Origin: a virus
Taxonomy: Duplodnaviria; Caudoviricetes
Reading direction: 5' to 3' (one strand)
IMG/VR virus record: IMGVR_UViG_3300050154_000024
Location: 1-28,624 of that record
DNA: 28,624 bases
This document shows positions 10,167 through 19,400 of the stretch, in pieces. The translations under genes and the position numbers were made by a program. The notes below the pieces were generated by a model that saw only the letters and a list, made by a program, of their open reading frames with translations, was not told where the DNA came from and ran no database searches. Position 1 is the stretch's first letter. Each line of letters begins with the position of its first letter.

Positions 10167-12719
10167 ATGGCTTTGACTTGGCGCAACGTAGATGCTCCTG
10201 ATTTCTCTGCTGGCAATCAGTTGTTGGCAAAATCAGGAGATACCCTTGCGAATTCCATCGCAGGGATTGGTGGTGCAATGCAGCATTATCGTTCCAGCCA
10301 AGTCGAAGGCTGGTCGAAAGATGCTATTGCAAAAGCTCAAGGACTTACTGATCTCGCTTCTTTTGATGCTGCTGTCAAAGACGGTTCCATCTATGGTGGC
10401 CGTGCCCCGTCTGATTTGAGTGCAGAAGCTTTGGCTTCTTTGGATTCGCATCGGAATGCTTTGCAGGATCAAGCGAATAAAGATGCTGCTTTGACTTTGC
10501 AAAGACAAGCTGCTGCTCGTTCTTCTGGTGGTCGCCGTGGTGGTGGAGCCACTGAATACATTCCTGCCGAATTCAATCCTGATGGTTCCATTGTTGAGGG
10601 CACTGGTATCAATGTTCCTACTTCTGATAATGGCGGTGGTTCTGACAATGGTGGATCGACTAGTGGTTCTCGTTCTTCCAGTGGTCGTGCAACCAATACT
10701 CGGAATTATCAGGCTGAAGCTGATGTTGAGGCAAAGCTAGGTGATCTGGCTATTGCACGTGATCAGCTTGATCCTACGTCTCCGACTTATAGGAATGATC
10801 TCGCTAATCTGAATGCCCAAGTCCGTGCTGTTCGTGGCCTTGCTGTCAATAGTGGATATGCTCCTGGTGTGGCTGAAGCCAATGCCCCTCTCATTGAGAG
10901 TGGTAAAGCAGATGCTACTTTGGCAACTGAAACTCGGAATACCGCACTTGCTCAAGAATTCTGGGATCGGTCGTTTGCTGCTGCTGGTCCCAATGGTCTT
11001 ACCGCCGCAGATGCTGCGACGATCTATAAGAGCATGACCCCCGAAGAACAGAAAAAATACAAAGAGGCGGTGAAGACTGATCCGACTGCGTTTGGACATG
11101 ATGCTTTCATTCCTGCTGAACAAGCCACTGCTCCTGTGGCTTTGGATGGGCAAACCGTTGGTGCAATGCTTGCTGCCAAAGATGGCGCTAAGACCAATCC
11201 GGTTCGCCAATCTCCCGGTTCCATTCTGGCTGCACAGCCGTTTCAACTAGGAAATAATCAAACCCAAGCCGTTCCTGAAGGTGCGGGCAACGATCCCGTG
11301 GTCAGCCCCACTACTGGGACTGTGCTTGGGTTTGGCAATGCAATCAAACCCCTGCCTTCTCAACAGCCGGGTCGGGTTCTTTCTTTTGGTTCAAACGTGC
11401 CGGTTCTCGCAACCGATGAACAGCACAACCAAGATGTTAATTCGAATGCACCTAGTGACTACGGAATTACTCCGAATGCGGTGTATGATCCTGTGGCCAT
11501 TGATCAACGTGCATCCGACGAACACAATCGTGCTGCTCAGTATCTTCAAGACTCTCCCATTGCTTCTATGGAATCTTTCCGTTCTGATTTCAGCAAGACT
11601 GCAAAGGGTGGTGATGCTGGTCCTGATACTCAGGCTGTTGCAAAGCAAGTCTATGACAAGCTGAACATCACTGAAAAATCGGGATGGGCACCTCCCGATG
11701 TTGAACAAGTCATTCGTGATACCGCTGCCAAATACGGTGTTGATTTCAATACCGCTGCTGCTGCTTTGGCATCATCTCCGAATTTCAATCAAAACAATCT
11801 CCTTTGGACCAGTGCGGCAGACGCATTCACTGATCCTTTGGCAAACTTTGCTGACTTCACCCGAGTGGATAAACTGCTGAAAGGATATAATGATCCAGAA
11901 GCAAAGAACAATCGTGAGCATATCCAAACGGGTATGTCTGAAGTCACGAAAGAATACAGTGATCTGTTGTCTGGTGCCAAGAAAGCTGGCGCTACGCTGA
12001 AAGCTGCTCAGTTGGCTTTCAATGCAGACCCGTCCACCAAACACAATGATGCCTTGGCTGAAGCCTTCAAGATTGCCTCTGGGTATCAGGACAAAGTGCA
12101 AGCCTACGACTATTCTGGAAAACTCAGGACTGCTGCCGATCCCAAGCAAGCTGCCATTGATGCTGCTGCCAAGGCCGAAGCTGACAAGGCTAAGGCTGAT
12201 GCGATTACCCGGCAGACTGCTGCTGCACTGGACCCGACAATTTCTACCCAAACAGGACAGAAGCTGACTGGACGTGCGCTTGTAGCTGTGCAGGGTCAAA
12301 TCGCACAGAGAGAAATTGATCTTGGGGCCAAGCTCTCTGGTCGTGGTCAACCTGTTTCTGAAGCTCCACCTATAGCTCTGGGACGTGGTATCCTGCCCGG
12401 TAACGTGGCTCCGGGTGGAGACTGGTCCAAGGTTCCTCCGACGCCTCTAGGTGCCAAGGCTTCTCTTTCTGGTTCCCCGGATGTACCCCCCGGTGTTGTT
12501 TTGGGTGGACCCAAATATACCGCTCCTTTGATGGAACAATCTGCCAAAGACTTTTCATCGAATAAGAAAGTGGTTGGGGATATTCTTTTGCAACGTCCTG
12601 ATCAGATCAGCTATCCCGAATACCAGAAGTTGACTCCTGCTCAACGTGTAAGTAAAAAGCTACCTCCGAATTTCCATGGAAGTGCTTTAGAATGGCGCAA
12701 TCTTATTGCAAGGCTTTGA
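10167..12719 (+). CDS. N4 gp51-like ejection protein (putative periplasmic tunnel), extended
   Basis: 850 aa, GAGG RBS. N-terminal LTWRNV resembles the ITWRN start recalled for gp51 homologues. Ala-rich, Cys-free, between gp52-like and vRNAP. The rest is divergent. Confidence 0.72.
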   Translation: MALTWRNVDAPDFSAGNQLLAKSGDTLANSIAGIGGAMQHYRSSQVEGWSKDAIAKAQGLTDLASFDAAVKDGSIYGGRAPSDLSAEALASLDSHRNALQDQANKDAALTLQRQAAARSSGGRRGGGATEYIPAEFNPDGSIVEGTGINVPTSDNGGGSDNGGSTSGSRSSSGRATNTRNYQAEADVEAKLGDLAIARDQLDPTSPTYRNDLANLNAQVRAVRGLAVNSGYAPGVAEANAPLIESGKADATLATETRNTALAQEFWDRSFAAAGPNGLTAADAATIYKSMTPEEQKKYKEAVKTDPTAFGHDAFIPAEQATAPVALDGQTVGAMLAAKDGAKTNPVRQSPGSILAAQPFQLGNNQTQAVPEGAGNDPVVSPTTGTVLGFGNAIKPLPSQQPGRVLSFGSNVPVLATDEQHNQDVNSNAPSDYGITPNAVYDPVAIDQRASDEHNRAAQYLQDSPIASMESFRSDFSKTAKGGDAGPDTQAVAKQVYDKLNITEKSGWAPPDVEQVIRDTAAKYGVDFNTAAAALASSPNFNQNNLLWTSAADAFTDPLANFADFTRVDKLLKGYNDPEAKNNREHIQTGMSEVTKEYSDLLSGAKKAGATLKAAQLAFNADPSTKHNDALAEAFKIASGYQDKVQAYDYSGKLRTAADPKQAAIDAAAKAEADKAKADAITRQTAAALDPTISTQTGQKLTGRALVAVQGQIAQREIDLGAKLSGRGQPVSEAPPIALGRGILPGNVAPGGDWSKVPPTPLGAKASLSGSPDVPPGVVLGGPKYTAPLMEQSAKDFSSNKKVVGDILLQRPDQISYPEYQKLTPAQRVSKKLPPNFHGSALEWRNLIARL

Positions 12720-12722
12720 TCT

Positions 12723-13337
12723 ATGGGAACCAGTCTCACATGGGATAAACAAGTTCCCCCAATCGACCCAGTAAACAGTGGGATTGGTTGGGGGATGCCA
12801 ATCGTTAATCCAGACAAGATTCGCAGACATTCTGTTGAAGTAGCTGCAATGCTGCAATGGCCAGCCGTTGCTAAGTCTGGTGTTCAATTCACTTATAATT
12901 CAAACGATTCTGGCAACATGCTTGAATACTGGCCTAAAGGTGAAACAGGTGATCCATCTTACCAAAGACCCGCAAACATCCCAATTCAAAAAAACGGGAT
13001 TGACATAAATAGCAGCCAAACTAGACCTGCTGATATTGCAGGTGATATTGTTTCCCATCAACTTGTTTATACTGATCCCGTAGTCAAACAAACCTATGCT
13101 AATTTCCAAAAGTCAATGACTCCTGAACAGCATAAGATTATGCGGGATCAATATACTTATGCACGTCAAAATGAAGGGGAAAAACGTTCCTTTAATGAAT
13201 GGCGTGATACATCTGGAATGCCTGCATATTTTAGAGGATATACCTTTGATCAGTGGGGACCAGATTCTAAGAGTTACTACACTCCCGAACAGCTTCAAAT
13301 GTTGGACTCCATGAAGGGATACCTTCAAAAGAAGTGA
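12723..13337 (+). CDS. Hypothetical 204-aa protein inserted in the ejection module
   Basis: ATG lies 3 nt after the previous stop and the ORF fills the gap to the hairpin. Plausible globular composition, no Cys, and more AT-rich than neighbours. Confidence 0.8.
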   Translation: MGTSLTWDKQVPPIDPVNSGIGWGMPIVNPDKIRRHSVEVAAMLQWPAVAKSGVQFTYNSNDSGNMLEYWPKGETGDPSYQRPANIPIQKNGIDINSSQTRPADIAGDIVSHQLVYTDPVVKQTYANFQKSMTPEQHKIMRDQYTYARQNEGEKRSFNEWRDTSGMPAYFRGYTFDQWGPDSKSYYTPEQLQMLDSMKGYLQKK

Positions 13338-13362
13338 CTTCACAAACAGGAAAATCTAAGAT

Positions 13363-13394
13363 AGGCAGGGCTGAGGCCCTGCCTTCTTGTTTGT
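13363..13394 (+). terminator. Terminator-like hairpin upstream of vRNAP
   Basis: AGGCAGGGC-TGAG-GCCCTGCCT 9-bp stem followed by TCTTGTTTGT. Confidence 0.7.
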
Positions 13395-13423
13395 AAGGAT
13401 AGGTCCAAACACTCACGAGGATC

Positions 13424-16400
13424 ATGTTCATGGCTGATACCCCCATCGCACCAGTGGCTTCCACACTGTCTTGGGGGGCTGCTGTTCCTCCGGTCAATCC
13501 CCAAATTGCATCTGTTCCTGCTACCCCCTTGTCCTTTGGGCAAGAGGTGGCTCCTGTCGATGCTCCGGCACCGTCTCCGATGGAACAACTGTCCATGGGG
13601 ACGAAAGCTGCTGTCGATGATGTTTCTGCCCAGAAGCAAGCTGATGTCGCTCAAACTGCTGAAGAAAAGAAAGCAGCTTTGGCGATGAACTATTTGACCA
13701 ATCCCAATGGCATCATCCCTGATGTTTTGGCTGCTCAGCTTGGTAGCAATCAGCAATCCGAAATGTCAAAAGACTTTTCGTCGATGAGCATGATTGAACT
13801 TGAAAAGAAATATGGCATTGAGGTGGCTCATAACGCATGGCGTCATGGTGCTACTAAAAGCAGTGTCGAAGACTTGCAAAATCAATCTCGTGATACTGGG
13901 ACTGCCATTAAAGACACTGCGACCAATGTCTTTGGTGGTGCTGTTACTGGTGTTCTTGGTGTGGATGCTTTGCTGTCTAACCTTGGTGGTGCTGACTTCT
14001 CTGCACGAGCTGTTCGTGGACAGAAGATCATCAACGAAGGCATCAAGAATTGGTCTTCTGAACTTTCCCTTCAACGGGATGCTCTGGGGAACATTACTGA
14101 TCAAATCACGACTGCTGACAATCAGGCTATTCGTGACAAAGAGATTGCTGATGGTGCAACTCCTCTGGAAGCAGGGATGAAATACGTTGCACGGAATCTG
14201 TATTCTGAAGCATCGAATATTATTTCTGATCCCATTCGTTTGGCTGATTTGTCTGCCAATTCGATTGGCAACTTGGCATCCAGCCTACTGACCACTGGTG
14301 GTCTTTTGAAAGCATCTGGTATCGCTGCAAACTCCCAAGCTGCCAAATACATCTATGCAGGTGTTGAAGCTGCTATGGAGGGTGGTGACGCTTTCAGTCA
14401 GACCAATGGTGCCATTACTGGCATGAGCTTTAATGATCTTGAAAAAGGATCAGAGACTTATCGAAAATATCTGGAAGCTGGCAAAACTCCTGATGAGGCA
14501 CGAAACGCTGTTGCCCAAGATGCAGGTTTACTGGCTGCTGCTGTGGTTGCCCCTGTTGCTCTGGTTCTTAGCAAGGGTTCTGCAAAATTCGAAATGTCGA
14601 TCCTAACTGGTCTGGAAGACAAGTCAATCAAGGGTGCCTTGGCAGAAACGGGCAAAGCTGCTGTTGCTCAGTTTACCGAAGAAGCTGCCCAAGAGGGCAA
14701 TTCTCAGTTTGTCTCCAACGCACTGGTCAAGGCTCTGGCCGATCCCAATCAGGACTTGGCTCAAGGTGTAGGTGAGAGCGCCGCTCAAGGCGGTCTGGGT
14801 GGCCTTGCCATGGCAGGCTTCACCAATGCCACTCACATTCCAAGTGCCCTCCACGGAGAGGCTAAGGCCCGCCTGACAGGGCTTGTCGATGATCTGGCTA
14901 CGAAGGCCAAGGAGAAGAACAACCCTGCCTCTCCGGCCCGTACACAGGAGGCTGTGAAGGTGGCCTCTGAAGCTGCACCGATCATCAACGACTTTGTGGC
15001 AACAGCAGATGTGTCCAAGTTTCCCGACGGGAAAGACTTGGCTGCCAAGCCTGAATTTGCTGATAAGCCGGGTGTGGCTCAGTTCAACTCCAAGAATGTT
15101 GTTTCGGCCATTCAACGGTTGACCACCATTGATCCCGATACCGCAAAAGATATGCCTGCTGAATTGCAGGCTTTGATTACCAAAGAAGATGGCACTCTTT
15201 ATTCGAAACCCGAAGCTTTGTATCGTATGGCAGTTGCTATTCGTTCGAACAAGCTTACTGGCAGTGCCAAATCTTTTGCCCAATTGTATTTTGAAAAAGA
15301 GACAATTCGTGCAGAAGATGGTTTGGCTAATGGTCTTGATGACTATGTGGATGCAACTGGAAATACTGAACTGAAAGCGGCAATGAACACTGTGTTTGAT
15401 GCTTTTCAGAAGATGAAAAATTCGACTGCTGGTCAACAGAATTCTCAATCGATTACTGAGAACAAAATTGAACCAGTGAAGACTGTGACAATTACCGATG
15501 AGAATGTGTCCAGCCCTGAAGTGAAATCTTCGGTTGAACACACTGTCATGATGGCTGAACAGAACCCACTGGGTCTGGATACTGCTCATGCAGAGTCCAT
15601 TTTGAACCAGTACAAAAAAGGGAATTTCCAGAATATTGCTCCTGAGCGTATTCAGGCATTGGAATCTGGTGCCAAAGTTGCCAAGATTATACAGTCTTCG
15701 CAGGAAGCTCGTGCAAAAGCTCAAGCTGAAGCCATGGCAAATAGTGCCATTTCTCCAAGGCAAATCTATGACAACCCTGCAACTGCGAACAGCGGTGATG
15801 TCCGCAAGTCGATTGCAGAAGGTGTCCATCCTGTCAATCAAATGAGCGGAATTATCCCTTACCAAAACCAGATTGCTGCTGCTGTTGAACGCGGTGACGT
15901 GGCTCAAGCCAAAGACCTGCTAACTCTTGTTCGTGGGTTTGCCAAGGGCATGATCCTAAAGCATCAAGCATTCCAGAAATCTGGTGAAACCGGGGTAGGC
16001 GAAAAGTATTCGCACCAAACTCCTCAAGGATGGTTCAGTAAAACCAACCCCAAAAACACCAAAGTTATGCGGCTTCATGCACACAATCCGAACTCGGTAT
16101 TGTTCTTAAAGAACGTCGCCATTGATGCGGAAGGTGTCACTACTTTCTACAACGACATGATCCGTATCTACCCGGAACTGTCGGCTGGACATACGTTTCT
16201 TTCTCTGGATCAAGAACTGAAAGACCAATCCCCTGAAATGGATTTGGTTGACGGTTCTCAACAAGAAGCTGTGGTCAAGAAGACCCAAGACAAGAAGGCA
16301 ACTGCAAAAGCCAAACGGCTTGAAAAGCGGACCCAGAAAGAATTGGCTGATCCGATGATGAACCGGGCAGCTACTGAACTAGGTGATCAAGGAACCCTGA

Positions 16401-19400
16401 GTGCAATGCCTCGGGAAATGGCAACCAAGGTTCGCCAAATGATGCGTGCTGTTCAGGCTGAGATTGGCATTGATGTCATGGGTCTTGTTCAGAAATTCAT
16501 GATCATTAGTGCTGAAAATGGCACTATGGCATCGGTGTTCTATGACGTTGGTGAGACCAATGAAATGGCATTGGTTGTCAGCGAAGATTTGCTTGACCCC
16601 AAAACTGAACTCCCTCCGTTTGCTGAAACCCCTGAGCAGTATCTTGCTGCTGTGTTGGCTCATGAAATGGGCCATGTGGTCGATTATAATCACCTTAACA
16701 AAACTGGTGAATTGGCATCTGCCAACGAAACTTTGGGTGCTAACGGGGCAGTGTTTGAAGAAGTGCAGGCGGAAATTAACAATGCAGAAGATGATACTGT
16801 CAAAGCATTGCTGCATAACTCGGAGTCCTATGAAAAGGGCACCGAAGAATACCGCAAGGAATTGTTTGCAGACCTTGCAATGATGCTGTTTTCCACCCCC
16901 ACCATGATGAAGGAGTTGATTCCCAATGCCGCAGAATTCGTCCAGTCCATCGTTGATGGTTCCTTCAATTCCCGGTCAGTCCGCGAAAAAGCCCGTAAAC
17001 AAGCCAAAGCGGATCGTAGATCGGTTCGACAAAATGTTCTCGAAAGTGCGAAAGCTGCCAAGCTTCAAGAACCTTCCCAAGCTCTGAAAGACTTGTATCG
17101 GCAGCTTCGTGAAGCTGTCAAATTTCCGTTGCTGAAGATGATCATTGGCACCAAGGGTGTCGATCCTGAAGGACCGCTGGGAATGGAACTGAAAGCCGCA
17201 GGCTTCAGCACTAAGACCAATCCCGGTTTGTTCAAGCTTGGTGGTTGGAAGGACATCGACAATCTGCCTGCTGAAGACTTCCCAGACCTGCTGGGAGTAA
17301 TCCCCTCTGAAGGCGATTACCTTGACCTTCGTGCCTTGACAGATGCTCTCGTCTCTGAGTTGAATGGGCAAAATCTGTCCATTCCGAACAACCCCAGTAA
17401 GGCTGAGATCACCAGTCAAATTCTGGAAATCGAGAAGGCACAACAAGATGAGTCTTCAGACAACACCTCCCAAGAAAGCACCGGGACTGGCGAAGCGAGT
17501 TCGACGGGCAATGTGGCGGAAACAACGTCGTCTGAGCAAAGCACTGGTGAAGCTATTCCAGTCAAACCCAAACCGGGAGTCGTAAAGCGGACCCTTGCAG
17601 AGAGGTTTTCTTCTCTGGTTCAATGGCTGGGTCGTAACCGTTTTCTTGAGGGATACAAGAACGCTGAAGACCGTAGTCGCCTTTCTGGGTTTGTAAACCC
17701 TATTCAAGACATTCGTGAATGGCTTGGTCTGACTGATTCTGGTGAACTGATTGCCAAGTTGAAAGAGCTTGGTTTCAAAGAAGCAATCCTCAACTCCATT
17801 TCTGTTGCTGAAGTGAATGCTATCAAAGGTATGCTGTCTTTAGCAGACAACATTTCTCTAAAGATGGATGAGCATTTGAACATTGGTTTAAATGCAAAGA
17901 AAACTGGTTTGATTGAACGTGGACCCAAGAAGGGTCAACCATACAAGAGTGAGTCTCTGATTGAGGCTTTGAAAAATGGTCATGACATCACTCGTTTCAA
18001 GAAGGCTCGTATTGTTTCACTGATCATTCCTCAAAAGGATGATCAAGGCAATGTGGTGTCCTACAAGTATGATCCTCAAGTTGTTCAAACGGCAGCTATT
18101 GCTGTGACCCAGTGGATGGTCGATGCTCGGTTCACTCCTGATACTACTTTGGAATTGGAAGACCTTGCAGGCATCTTCCGTGTGGATGAAGAACTAATTG
18201 ACTCCACGCTTGAAACTACCATGCGTCAAGCATTGCAATCTGGCATCAATCCTCAGAACTCTGTTCGTGAGATTGCTGTGATGATTGAATCCATGCTTGG
18301 TGTACTTCCTGAAGAAAGTGCCTTGAGCAGTGATGCTGGTGGCATTTTGTTGGCACTGGCAAATGAAGCATTGTCATCTGCTTTGGCTCCCCATGGAAAT
18401 TCGAAAACTCAGTTTGTGACTTTGGAACGTGTTCAGTTTCAGGTTCCGACCGATACTGGATTTGCTCCTCGTGAATACACTTGGATCAACTTCAAAACCC
18501 CGGTCATGGAACGTGGTCGTGAAGCAATGAGGAAGCTTCCCAGTTTCTTCGCTATGCTGGCTGATCCTGAAGTGAATACGGTTCGTATCATTGGTGCCCC
18601 TCCGAAGAACGTCAATCCGCTTCAGCTTCGCAACAAGACTGCTGAACTCAGCCGTTTGGAAAAGCGTGCTGTGAAAGCTTCTCAGGATATTGGTTACAGC
18701 GTGAACCAACCTATGCTGGCTTTCATGGAACATCTGGGAAGGGATAACTATCTCAGCCTGCTACGTTCCACATTTGGTGGTGTGTTCACCCCTGATCTGG
18801 TTGAAGGTCGTTACAACAAGAACGACTATGAAAGCCGCAAGGGCAATAACGTGGGTTTCCTGATGGGATGGGAAAACTCCATGGCTTATGTGGCAGACAT
18901 GAATGCCTATGCTGATGCAACTGGCATGAGCCTTAAAGAAGTGAAAGCCTATTGGGCTTATCGGATCACCAAAGTTGGTCGTCCGATGATGGATGGCTTT
19001 GGTCCTCAAAACGACAAGACTGCTCGTGAACTGTTGACAGCAACCAACTCTGTGATTGATTTGAATGATCAAGCTCAGATGGATACTTTTTGGATGACCA
19101 TTGGTCAGTCCATTGGTTTGAAAACTGAAAAGATGTATCGGGCAGATACTGTTGCAAAGGCCAAACAAATCTTGGACCCGACCACTGAGATCGGTGCCAA
19201 ATACTTCCCCATGATTGAAGCAATGGAAGATGTCGCTGCTTTCATGAAGGCTGCCGGTGATAAGAAATTCACCGACAAGGAACTTCATGCCATGGTGGCA
19301 ATCTCTGTGATGCTGGCTGCCAAGAAAGGTGGGGACACCTCGTTCGAACATCGCCTTGCTTTCGAAGCAGACGGCAAGACCGATGGTCCCATCAACAGCC

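Noticed and set aside
10623-10690. Short tandem repeat (SDNGGG/SDNGGS) and Gly/Ser-rich stretch in gp51-like
   Set aside because: Two degenerate 18-nt units encoding a flexible linker. Not an array or a diversity element.
14624-15907. 427-aa antisense ORF within vRNAP
   Set aside because: Same shadow-ORF pattern: Cys/Ser/Phe-rich, with no RBS or domain signature.
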